Origin: an uncultured Candidatus Saccharibacteria bacterium
GTDB lineage: Bacteria > Patescibacteriota > Saccharimonadia > Saccharimonadales > Saccharimonadaceae
DNA: 47,722 nucleotides
Assembly (NCBI GenBank): GCA_964574585.1
Contig: CAZNOD010000001.1
Location: 1 to 47,722 of the forward strand
Reading direction: 5' to 3'
Shown: piece by piece, positions 35,278 to 43,887 of the stretch
How positions within the stretch are numbered: the stretch's first letter is position 1
How the letters are laid out: each line of letters starts with the position of its first letter
Notes under the pieces: generated by a model
What the model was told of the DNA's origin: nothing
Databases searched by the model: none
What the model saw: the letters and a program-made list of their open reading frames with translations, nothing else
Position numbers and translations under genes: made by a program

Positions 35278-37602
35278 TTATTGGCGCTGACCGGGCGGAC
35301 CGGGCTGGCCAGGCTCACCAGGACCGGGCCCTTGACCTGGGTTTGGACCTTCATCATCAGGTGGCGTACAGTCTTCAGTGTTACGAGAGTATTGATCGCT
35401 ATCAAAATCAGCTTCGTCAATCTCAATCACTTCGCCAGTCGTCAGATCGCAAACCTCAATCATCACTGGCTTTTCTTCACAGTCCTCAAGGTCACGCGAG
35501 TGAATTCGCTCATTAAAGTCATCCTTATCGATTTCGAGAATCTTCATTGAGCGAGTGTTACAGACTTTGATTGGCTTAGGCTTCTGCGGTGTGCAAGTTT
35601 TGTCTGGTAGGGCACTAGCCAGATAATACTCAAAGTAAGTGCCCTCACGTATGTCATTGGTAGCAATACCATGATTACTGTAACAAGTGCTGCGCTGGAC
35701 TACACTATTGGGCGCGGTAAACTTCTCATCGGCTTTACCGCTTAGAGCCGACAACATACTATTTTGCCAGATTGGACCAGCCATACCAGAGCCACCGTTG
35801 AGCATCGGCTGGTTGTCGTTGTTGCCAACCCAAACACCGACAGCTAGGCTCGGCGTGTAGCCAATAGTCCAGGCGTCTTTATTGTCATCGGTTGTACCAG
35901 TCTTGACGGCAGCGGTATGCCCTGGCACTGTCAGGCTAGAGCCAAATATTGGTGCTCGAGCGGTGTTGTCCGACAAGATATCTGATATCAGAAAGGCTCC
36001 ACCCTCCGAAATAACTTCACGTGGCTTGTTGTCGGTAGTAAAGATTCGTTTGCCGAACTTGTTCTCAATCGACTTGATAATGCTAGTGTCGAACTGCTGC
36101 CCCTTGTTAGCAAAAGCAGCGTAGGCGTTGGTCATGTCGGTCAAGCTGGCCTCAGCCGAACCGAGCGCTAGCGACAATCCATATGAGTTATCTTCTTTTA
36201 TGGTGTCGATGCCTAGCTGGCGAGCCATATCAACTGAATTAGCGATACCGTAATCTTCCATTACCTTGACGCTTGGTATGTTTAGTGACTGGCTGATAGC
36301 GCTACGGACTGTTACTTCACCACGGAAGCGCCGGTCGGCGTTTTGCGGCTGCCAGCCACCAATATTGATTGGCTCATCCTCGTAGACTGTCGCCGGTGTA
36401 ATTACTCCTTGAGCCAAGGCGCCAGCATAGTAGATTGGTTTGAAGCTCGATCCGGGTTGACGCGCCGTCGTTGTCATATTTACCTTACCCCAATCGTCAT
36501 TGCTGTAGTCGGCGCTACCTACCAAGGCACGAATCTCACCGCTTCGTGGGTCGATAGCTACTAAGCTAGCGTTTGAGCCACCGTTGGCACGGATAAACGC
36601 CATGTGATTATCAACGTTACGCTCAGCAGCTTCCTGTAGACTAACGTCAAGCGTGGTTGTCACCTGATAGCCTGAACGCATCACTTGCTCTGTACCGTAG
36701 CTGTCATAGAGCTGGCCGAGAACCATCTCGACAAAATGCGGTGCCCGTGAGGTGTTTTTATCTTGATCAGCGTAACTGAGTTTTTGCGCCAGAGCTGCTT
36801 CTTTTTGGTCGGCAGTTATATAGCCGTTATCGACCATCCGAGTCAGGACTGTGGTCTGTCGCTGCTTAGCGTATTCTGGGTTACCACTAATTGGCGAATA
36901 AGCGCTCGGTGCTGGTAGTAAGCCAATCAACATAGCGCTTTCAGCTAGGTCGAGTTCACTCGGCTGTTTGTCAAAATAGGTTTCAGCGGCGTCCTTGATG
37001 CCAAATGAATTCTCACCATAAAATACTGAGTTGAGATACATCGTCAATATCTCATCTTTGGTGTAATTTTGCTCAATAGCTATCGAAATAAATAGCTCTT
37101 GGTACTTGCGTAGTAGGCTACGCTCGTTGGATAGCAGGGTGTTTTTGGCTAGTTGCTGCGAAATGGTCGAACCACCGCCATAACCGGTGATAGCTGCTCG
37201 GGCAATACTGAAAATATTGAAACCACCGTGTTCATAAAAATCTTTATCCTCAGATGCTATTAGTGCTTCTTCAGTGTAGTCAGAAATATCATCGAGGCTG
37301 ACTAACTCGCGATGTTCAGCCTTGCCAATGCTATAAAAAGTCTCACCATTACGGTCCTTAAAGACCACGCCGGTGTTGTTGCGATTCATCAGTCGCTCTT
37401 GATCGCGAATATCATTAGCATAATACAGGTAGGTTGCTATCGGAATGATAATCAAGACCGCTAGTATTGGACCAAGTATAATCGATAGTTTCTTCCAACG
37501 TGGCATCTTATGAAACCACTGCATGCGTCGTTTAAAAGACCGCTTCAGGCGGGTAGTCCTCGATATCTGTCGGGTATACTTACCCCTTCTCACTTGTTTC
37601 AT
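35278..37602 (-). CDS. Bifunctional class A penicillin-binding protein (glycosyltransferase + transpeptidase) with a repeat-containing C-terminal extension
   Basis: GT51 motifs (EDKDFYEHGG, GGSTISQQLAKN), TP motifs (SSFKP, SxN, KTGTT), N-terminal TM. Confidence 0.92.
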   Translation of the reverse strand: MKQVRRGKYTRQISRTTRLKRSFKRRMQWFHKMPRWKKLSIILGPILAVLIIIPIATYLYYANDIRDQERLMNRNNTGVVFKDRNGETFYSIGKAEHRELVSLDDISDYTEEALIASEDKDFYEHGGFNIFSIARAAITGYGGGSTISQQLAKNTLLSNERSLLRKYQELFISIAIEQNYTKDEILTMYLNSVFYGENSFGIKDAAETYFDKQPSELDLAESAMLIGLLPAPSAYSPISGNPEYAKQRQTTVLTRMVDNGYITADQKEAALAQKLSYADQDKNTSRAPHFVEMVLGQLYDSYGTEQVMRSGYQVTTTLDVSLQEAAERNVDNHMAFIRANGGSNASLVAIDPRSGEIRALVGSADYSNDDWGKVNMTTTARQPGSSFKPIYYAGALAQGVITPATVYEDEPINIGGWQPQNADRRFRGEVTVRSAISQSLNIPSVKVMEDYGIANSVDMARQLGIDTIKEDNSYGLSLALGSAEASLTDMTNAYAAFANKGQQFDTSIIKSIENKFGKRIFTTDNKPREVISEGGAFLISDILSDNTARAPIFGSSLTVPGHTAAVKTGTTDDNKDAWTIGYTPSLAVGVWVGNNDNQPMLNGGSGMAGPIWQNSMLSALSGKADEKFTAPNSVVQRSTCYSNHGIATNDIREGTYFEYYLASALPDKTCTPQKPKPIKVCNTRSMKILEIDKDDFNERIHSRDLEDCEEKPVMIEVCDLTTGEVIEIDEADFDSDQYSRNTEDCTPPDDEGPNPGQGPGPGEPGQPGPPGQRQ

Positions 37603-37608
37603 CTTAGT

Positions 37609-38094
37609 CTATTTTACCATTTTTTGCTGATTGACAAATGCACACATGATCGCAGCAGCCAACGCATCAGCACAGTCATCGGGTTTCGGTACCTCTTTTA
37701 GCCCAAGCTGCAATCGAACCATCTCTTGAACCTGCTTTTTGTCGGCTTTGCCATAACCAGTCATCGTCTGCTTTATTTGTAGTGGTGTATACTCCTCGAT
37801 AGTCAGACCGGCTTGCTGTCCGGTCAGCATCGCCACACCACGAGCATGCGATACACTCATCGCCGTAGTGACGTTTTGGGCAAAAAACAGCTTTTCGATT
37901 GCCATCATATCGGGCTTGGTCTCCGCAATAATCTCCGTTAAGCCATCGTATATCTCAGCTAGCCGCTCGGGTAATGGCGTGTGAGCCGGGGTACGAATCA
38001 CACCAGCCGTCACTAAGCGCGTCTTGCCGCCACGGGCGTCAATAACCCCAAAACCAAGGATACCTGTACCGGGGTCGATGCCTATTATTCTCAT
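37609..38094 (-). CDS. ruvC: Holliday junction resolvase RuvC
   Basis: MRIIGIDPG start plus catalytic acidic residues. Size is 161 aa. Confidence 0.92.
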   Translation of the reverse strand: MRIIGIDPGTGILGFGVIDARGGKTRLVTAGVIRTPAHTPLPERLAEIYDGLTEIIAETKPDMMAIEKLFFAQNVTTAMSVSHARGVAMLTGQQAGLTIEEYTPLQIKQTMTGYGKADKKQVQEMVRLQLGLKEVPKPDDCADALAAAIMCAFVNQQKMVK

Positions 38095-38137
38095 ATGACT
38101 ATTGTACAGGAGGAGCTAAGCCCCTCCAATTATAGGC

Positions 38138-40081
38138 TCAACTTTTAGGTCGAAAAATCTGTATAATTTCGTAGCGCCACTCCCACCCGGCGTAGCCTAG
38201 GCCAAGCAGCATTACGCCGCCTAGTGCCCACCAGCCGACAAAAACCTTGGCCGTATCCGTTACTGGCTCGACAGGGAAATCAGCACCTGCCACTGTAGCG
38301 GCTGAACGAATCTTACGGCAACGATTGGTTTCTGGGTTGCGCTCCCAGCCTTGTTCACAAGCTTTGAGCGTGCTAGCAGTGCTAACAATCGACCGACAAC
38401 GATTAGTAGCTGGGTTGCGATATTCATCAGAGTCACAAGGCACGAGCGTACTAGTGCTTGCTGTCAATGATTTACATCTGTTAGTTTCTGGATTGCGGTA
38501 CTGTCCCGGCTTACACGGTGTTAAACTATTGCTAGCCGTAGCAATCAATTTACACCGTCCGGTTTCCGGATTGCGGAACTGGTTGGCATTACAATCGGAC
38601 AACTCTTTGTCGACTGAGGGCTTATTACAGCGGCCAGTTTCTAGATTGCGAATATAACCGTCGTCGCATGGTGGGTAGGCGAGATACTGATTGGCTGCAC
38701 CAGTTGTCAGTGCATATGTTTGTCGCCAAATATTATTGATTAACGCCCATGATGTATCGGGCTTCAAGTCAGAATATTCGGTTTGATCAACCTCATTTAA
38801 ACCATCCTGACTGAGTAGATAAACTTTACTAGCACTCGTTTTGTAAATGCGTAGTTTGGTATCCTTTAGCTCAACCGTATAGTATTGCCCAGGTTCAAGC
38901 GTTATATCACCTAGCACCAAGTCAGTCGACGTCGAGTGGTCGGACGATATTATACAGCCCCCAATAAACAATGGCTGGTCGCTGCTATTATATAGTTCGA
39001 TGAATTGCTCTTCTAGATTTGCCCCGACCTCAGATATTATCAAGCCTTGGCAATTATTTAAGGGCTCAGGCGGAGTCGAGCTACAGTTACCACTAATCTC
39101 ATCGCGATACATTTCGTCGGGCACCGCATCACTGACGCCTTCAATGTTTAGACAAGCGTCGAACTTTTCGATGATTGGGTCAACATGGTATAAGCCACCG
39201 ATTGGTACGTCATTAGTAAAGTCGATGCTGTTTTGTTTGCTGTCTTGGTGCCAGCTGTAGTCCAACCACTTGCGCGCTAGCAAAAAACCCTCATCGTGCG
39301 TCGGGACCGGCTCACCCTCAACTACTGTTGTCGCGGCTCCCCAGGCCAAGCCACTGACAAGCTGTCCGTTATGATTGGTAATCAATAGTCGACCACCGCT
39401 ATTTGCTAGAGCCGTTTTGAATACTCCGCTAGACTCGAAGTCAGGATTGGCCGTCATAAATTCGTTGGATACAAATAGCAAATAAGCACCCGGTTCGACG
39501 ACTAGCCTCATCCCAACCGTTAAACCACTCGGTGTAAATTCGGCCAAGCTAGACAGCTTGGTATTGCTATCTGGCACTGCTTTAGTGTAGTACAAGCCCC
39601 AGTTGGTGATATCGATAGGCTCTGAGCTGTTGTTTCGCAATTCAATTAACTCAAGACTCGAGCCGCCTACACCTGGTGCTTGTAGCTGAACCCGAGTAAT
39701 CACCAGTCCGTAGTACTGCACTGGCTGCGGGAGATTGTCCAGCGGTACGTCTTCGCTATCTTCGGCCAGCTGATCAAGCTGACCTAAATCGTCCGTTTGA
39801 TTATCATCAATGGTCTTGAGTAACTCGGCGGTTTTGCTGGCGCTTGTCAGTTCGGCTCCGGCGTCAACCTCAGTGGTCGCGCTACTAATAGATAGTGGCT
39901 CAATTAATTGGCTTGTTTGATCATCAATTTCCGGCTGTTCATTCGATTCATCAGTTGACATCTCGGTAGTATCAACAACCCCAGTCGCTACCGTGGCATG
40001 TACCGATGGTACAGGTAGGCAGAGTAAGACATAAGCTAGCACTAGTAATCCGCTAAACAATCGTTTTACTAGATGAGTCAT
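38138..40081 (-). CDS. Secreted, C-terminally membrane-anchored protein with two lamin-tail-like domains and five Cys-bracketed repeats
   Basis: Signal peptide. LTD-like blocks LVITRVQLQAPGVGGSSLELIELRNNSSEPIDITNW and LIISEVGANLEEQFIELYNSSDQPLFIGG. C-terminal TM (VFVGWWALGGVMLLGLGYAGW). SD GGAGGTG upstream. Confidence 0.8.
   Translation of the reverse strand: MTHLVKRLFSGLLVLAYVLLCLPVPSVHATVATGVVDTTEMSTDESNEQPEIDDQTSQLIEPLSISSATTEVDAGAELTSASKTAELLKTIDDNQTDDLGQLDQLAEDSEDVPLDNLPQPVQYYGLVITRVQLQAPGVGGSSLELIELRNNSSEPIDITNWGLYYTKAVPDSNTKLSSLAEFTPSGLTVGMRLVVEPGAYLLFVSNEFMTANPDFESSGVFKTALANSGGRLLITNHNGQLVSGLAWGAATTVVEGEPVPTHDEGFLLARKWLDYSWHQDSKQNSIDFTNDVPIGGLYHVDPIIEKFDACLNIEGVSDAVPDEMYRDEISGNCSSTPPEPLNNCQGLIISEVGANLEEQFIELYNSSDQPLFIGGCIISSDHSTSTDLVLGDITLEPGQYYTVELKDTKLRIYKTSASKVYLLSQDGLNEVDQTEYSDLKPDTSWALINNIWRQTYALTTGAANQYLAYPPCDDGYIRNLETGRCNKPSVDKELSDCNANQFRNPETGRCKLIATASNSLTPCKPGQYRNPETNRCKSLTASTSTLVPCDSDEYRNPATNRCRSIVSTASTLKACEQGWERNPETNRCRKIRSAATVAGADFPVEPVTDTAKVFVGWWALGGVMLLGLGYAGWEWRYEIIQIFRPKS
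38309..38668 (-). repeat. Five tandem 25-26 codon repeats, each encoding C-x5-R-N-[PL]-[EA]-T-[GN]-R-C plus a Ser/Thr/Ala linker
   Basis: The repeats are CDDGYIRNLETGRC, CNANQFRNPETGRC, CKPGQYRNPETNRC, CDSDEYRNPATNRC and CEQGWERNPETNRC, read from the translation at a period of about 78 nt. Confidence 0.75.
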
Positions 40082-40137
40082 AGTCTACACCTCCACTATG
40101 ATGCAGATAGTATACTCCTATGCCTAGCAGCGTGCAA

Positions 40138-40857
40138 CTATACGTCGAGAGCTATATCGGCGTTAGTATGGATCGCCGTCACGTCGTCGAGATCTTCGAC
40201 CGCCTCCATGATACGGATGATCTTACTAGATGTCTCGCTATCTTCAACCGGTACCATACTGTCGGCTACATACTCTAGCTGAGCATCAGCCACCTCTAGA
40301 CCAGCGTCAACAATAGCCTGACGGACAGCGTGCAAATCTTTCATATCGGTATAAACAGTAATTTCGTCATCTTCATCGACAGCATCTTCGGCACCAGCGT
40401 CAAGTACCGTCAGTAGAGCATCTTCACCAGTTGCCTTAACTTGAATAACTCCCTTGCGGCTAAACTGAAACATCACCGAGCCAGCGTCAGCCATCGTACC
40501 GCCACTTTTGGTCAAGGCCGTCCGAACTTCAGGGAAGGTTCGGTTGCGATTATCGGTTGCAGTCTCGATAACAAAAGCTACGCCACCTGGCCCATAACCT
40601 TCGTAGGTAATCTCCTCGAGTACGGCGGCGTTTTTGTCACTGGCTCGTGCGATTGCCCGCTCAACATTTGCATTTGGCATATTGGCTTGCTTAGCTTTTT
40701 CGATTGCTAGCGCGAGACTTGGGTTCATTGCCGGATCGGTTCCCTGCTTGGCAGCTAGAGCAATCATGTTGCCAATACGAGTGAATATCGCGCCGCGCTT
40801 AGCATCATTGGCACCTTTGTCACGCTTAATCTTGCTCCACTTGCTATGTCCAGCCAT
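40138..40857 (-). CDS. yebC: YebC/PmpR-family transcriptional regulator
   Basis: MAGHSKWSKIKRDKG N-terminus; 239 aa. Confidence 0.93.
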   Translation of the reverse strand: MAGHSKWSKIKRDKGANDAKRGAIFTRIGNMIALAAKQGTDPAMNPSLALAIEKAKQANMPNANVERAIARASDKNAAVLEEITYEGYGPGGVAFVIETATDNRNRTFPEVRTALTKSGGTMADAGSVMFQFSRKGVIQVKATGEDALLTVLDAGAEDAVDEDDEITVYTDMKDLHAVRQAIVDAGLEVADAQLEYVADSMVPVEDSETSSKIIRIMEAVEDLDDVTAIHTNADIALDV

Positions 40858-40918
40858 ATTAGTCTCCGTACTTAATCAGTAATCGTTAATTTTATTATAC
40901 CATCGATAGTCTAGCTCG

Positions 40919-41473
40919 CTAGTAGCTACGGTGTATGGCGCAGATTCCACCGCTACCAAACTCGTCAAAGCCTGGAGCGCAATCACCAGCATAAACCGGT
41001 AGCCAGCGTATGCGAAGCGAGTGCTGACCGCCGCTATTGGTGAAGAAACGTATATAAGGACCACGTACTTTGAACTTGCTACCTAAGCTATCGGTTCGTT
41101 CGACTATAGCGTGTTTACCTTTTAATGAAGCTGAGTCTTGCGCTAAACTGCCGAGGTCAGACGCGTCATAACTGACATTGCTGGCATAGCCACTATCGTC
41201 CTGTTGCCAGCACTCACCAGCGGCAAACCCATCAGCAGCTGGAAAGTCAGCCGTCGACGAACCCAGGCAAGAGTATCCGGGTGAAAAAGTATTCCCGAGG
41301 GTCAACGCAATGTCGACCTGCTGTGTCCATTGATTGATTAAAGCCCGCTGGGCAGATGCCTCGGCTCGCTTGGTCACACCGTTATAGGCTACTACTGTAA
41401 TGCTGGCTAAAATAGAGATTACGACTATTACAATCAGCAGCTCAATGAGCGTGAAACCAGCTCGCTTGTTCAT
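40919..41473 (-). CDS. Type IV pilin (prepilin-type N-terminal cleavage/methylation domain)
   Basis: MNKRAG/FTLIELLIVIVVISILASI. Several Cys residues lie in the C-terminal globular part. TGTTATAAT lies 7 nt upstream of the ATG. Confidence 0.85.
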   Translation of the reverse strand: MNKRAGFTLIELLIVIVVISILASITVVAYNGVTKRAEASAQRALINQWTQQVDIALTLGNTFSPGYSCLGSSTADFPAADGFAAGECWQQDDSGYASNVSYDASDLGSLAQDSASLKGKHAIVERTDSLGSKFKVRGPYIRFFTNSGGQHSLRIRWLPVYAGDCAPGFDEFGSGGICAIHRSY

Positions 41474-41505
41474 GTCCTTGATTATAACATAAGCGACACT
41501 AGCAC

Positions 41506-42963
41506 TTACTCAATTATATTGCTTGATCGTAGACTATAGCCAGTTGTACGCCATAGCCACCAACATAACAAACCGATTGTAACGTAGATTACACCCACCA
41601 TCACAAACGATACATCGCCATCCATCTGAGCCCACGATAGCTGCGAGGTAGTTGTCGCTACCGCCACCATGTAGTCCAGCAACAGCTGGGTTGGCCAGCC
41701 AACTAGCCAGATTATGGCAGGTACTAAGTAGCCGATTAGACCCGTCAACCAAGTCATTATCATAGCCAGTGGCACTAGTGGCAAAACCAAAATGTTGGCT
41801 ATCACAGCGACATTTGATATCTGACCAAACGAATACATAAGCAAGGGTGCAGTTGCAATTTGGGCTGATACGGTTTCGCCTAGCACTTGTCGAACATTTC
41901 CTGGTGGTTTATCGCCGAAGAAATAGGCCTGTAGTAGTGGCGCCAATATCATCACGCCGGCAAAGGCCGCAAAACTCAGCTGCCAACCCAAGTTGCCCCA
42001 TACATAGCTTGGGTCAACCAACCCAGTCACAGCGGCAGCAAATACTAATAGCGTAACCGGGTGAAATTTACGTCCAATATACCAGCTGCCGAGAGCCAAA
42101 CCAGCAATCAATCCAGCACGCGACATACTGGGGCTGAGCCCAGTCACTGCTATGAAGCTAATTATCAATAAGCTCGACAAAAACACCGTCAAGTAGCGAG
42201 ATCTGCGAGCAAATAATCGCTTCACCAGGCGCACTAATATAGTCAGGTTGTAACCACTCGCTACTACAATATGCGTCAAGCCAGCGACTCGTAATGACTC
42301 GTCGAGTTCCGGCGGCAAACTACGCCGTTGGCCTGTCAAGTAGCCCATACCAAGACTGGCTGCTGGCTCGTCGATACCAAGCCGGACTTTGTCACCAAAA
42401 TCTTCACGCACCCTTAGGGCAATGTCGCCCGGCTGTGGTCGCTTAACTGATACAATCTCCGCTTGATATATACTACCGGCAAAACTTCCAAATCCCGACT
42501 CCAGCTGACCCGTCAATTCCACCACGTCACTACGTCTAATAGTATTAGGCTGATTAATTGTCACCCATAGCCTTCCAACCAAGCTATGATTTTGGTATTT
42601 AATGTCGCCGAGTCTTAGTCTAGTTTCACCCCGATTACCCAACTCAACATCTTCGCTGACTGTACCGACTAACGTAACTGTTTTACCGTATAGCGGCTGG
42701 TACTGTTGCCTATCGAGCTGATCAACACCACCACGCCACAAGCCGACTATTAGTCCAGCTAGCATAGCCAAGGCCAGCAACCAGGCTGTTCGCCGCCAAT
42801 AAGCCAAGCCAAACAGTCCGCTGGCTATCAGTAACCAAGCCGATGAAACAAAATAACTCGCAATCGGCTGCTGGCTCAATCCAAGACCGAGCACAACACC
42901 GCCACATGCCAAGGTGAAGTGCCAAGTTTCATGGACATGAACCTTGAGCCGCCACCAGTTCAT
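41506..42963 (-). CDS. comEC: ComEC/Rec2-family DNA uptake channel, short form (no C-terminal metallo-beta-lactamase domain)
   Basis: OB/DUF4131-like N-region (GKTVTLVGTVSEDVE...) and competence domain (GLTHIVVASGYNLTIL) with many TMs. Only 485 aa. Confidence 0.85.
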   Translation of the reverse strand: MNWWRLKVHVHETWHFTLACGGVVLGLGLSQQPIASYFVSSAWLLIASGLFGLAYWRRTAWLLALAMLAGLIVGLWRGGVDQLDRQQYQPLYGKTVTLVGTVSEDVELGNRGETRLRLGDIKYQNHSLVGRLWVTINQPNTIRRSDVVELTGQLESGFGSFAGSIYQAEIVSVKRPQPGDIALRVREDFGDKVRLGIDEPAASLGMGYLTGQRRSLPPELDESLRVAGLTHIVVASGYNLTILVRLVKRLFARRSRYLTVFLSSLLIISFIAVTGLSPSMSRAGLIAGLALGSWYIGRKFHPVTLLVFAAAVTGLVDPSYVWGNLGWQLSFAAFAGVMILAPLLQAYFFGDKPPGNVRQVLGETVSAQIATAPLLMYSFGQISNVAVIANILVLPLVPLAMIMTWLTGLIGYLVPAIIWLVGWPTQLLLDYMVAVATTTSQLSWAQMDGDVSFVMVGVIYVTIGLLCWWLWRTTGYSLRSSNIIE

Positions 42964-42999
42964 GGCTTCATTATACTCTTGGCGTATAATGAAGCCATG
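42961..42999. promoter_or_regulatory. Perfect 15-9-15 palindrome carrying two divergent TATAAT boxes and both start codons (comEC and pgl)
   Basis: CATGGCTTCATTATA-ctcttggcg-TATAATGAAGCCATG. Each TATAAT is exactly 6 nt from its ATG. Confidence 0.6.
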
Positions 43000-43719
43000 A
43001 CGATGCGTGTTTATCCAGATAGTCAGAGCCTAGCAGTGGCTGCTGCCAAGCAAACCATCACTTTGTTAAGGCAAGCAATCACCGATACAGGCAGTGGTAT
43101 CTGGGTGCTAGCTGGCGGCTCGACACCACTCGAGGCTTACCAGGTTATTGCCGATAGATATATCGATGCTATTGATTGGTCTAAAGTCACTATCCTACTT
43201 GGTGACGAACGGATTGCGCCACTCGACTCAGCCGATTCGAACTGGCACCAGATCGAGCAGGCCCTACTGCGACAGATTTCTAAAGCCAACCTGTTGCGCC
43301 CGCGCAGTGACCTACCTCTAGCTGAGGCAGTAGACGACTACAGATTAACCCTCGAGCAATTAACCAGTAACGATGAAGGTTACCCGATATTTGATGTCGT
43401 TTGGCTCGGCGTCGGCGACGACGGTCACACCTTATCACTATTTCCTGGCCATCCACAACTCGATGATGCCACCACCTTAGTTTTGCCAGTCGAGGATTCG
43501 CCCAAGCCACCCAATCAACGACTTACCCTTGGCATCGGTGCCCTCAAAGCCAGCAAACATCTGCTAGTTCTGGCGAGCGGCCATGCCAAATCTGAGACTA
43601 TCACCAAAGCCACAGAGTCAATTGACCTGCCAATCGCTCGCGCCGTTAAAGCCGTCAATGAATCGGGCGGTCAGGTGACTTGGCTATTCGACAAAGCAGC
43701 CGCCAGCCAACTGCCATAG
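42997..43719 (+). CDS. pgl: 6-phosphogluconolactonase
   Basis: AGGSTPLEAY, LGDERIAP and WLGVGDDGHTLSLFPGHP motifs. I prefer ATG 42997 (MTMRVYPD...) over the track start 42919, which would overlap comEC by 45 nt. Confidence 0.85.
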   Translation: MTMRVYPDSQSLAVAAAKQTITLLRQAITDTGSGIWVLAGGSTPLEAYQVIADRYIDAIDWSKVTILLGDERIAPLDSADSNWHQIEQALLRQISKANLLRPRSDLPLAEAVDDYRLTLEQLTSNDEGYPIFDVVWLGVGDDGHTLSLFPGHPQLDDATTLVLPVEDSPKPPNQRLTLGIGALKASKHLLVLASGHAKSETITKATESIDLPIARAVKAVNESGGQVTWLFDKAAASQLP

Positions 43720-43750
43720 AAAAACCCCCATGCAAGATGGGGGCATTTCT
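43720..43750. terminator. Hairpin terminator between pgl and tRNA-Lys
   Basis: AAAAA-CCCCCAT-gcaag-ATGGGGG-CATTTCT. Confidence 0.6.
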
Positions 43751-43751
43751 A

Positions 43752-43828
43752 TGGAGGGTCCACCGGGACTTGAACCCGGGACACCCTGCTTAAAAGGCAG
43801 GTGCTCTAACCAGCTGAGCTATGGACCC
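43752..43828 (-). tRNA. tRNA-Lys (anticodon TTT), CCA encoded
   Basis: Hand-folded cloverleaf. Acceptor GGGTCCA/TGGACCC; D arm GCTC-AGCTGGTTA-GAGC; anticodon arm CCTGC-CTTTTAA-GCAGG; T arm CCGGG-TTCAAGT-CCCGG; 3' TCCA. Confidence 0.9.
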
Positions 43829-43887
43829 ATAGTTTAAATCAGCTTTTCTAAGATAGCATTATAGAGGTGTTTCGTCAATACGAGTGG

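Noticed and set aside
38247-38657. 136-aa plus-strand ORF with a repeated RLVSGLR motif
   Set aside because: It is the antisense reading of the five RNPETNRC repeats. The repetition is inherited from the minus-strand gene, which has a signal peptide, domains and an SD.
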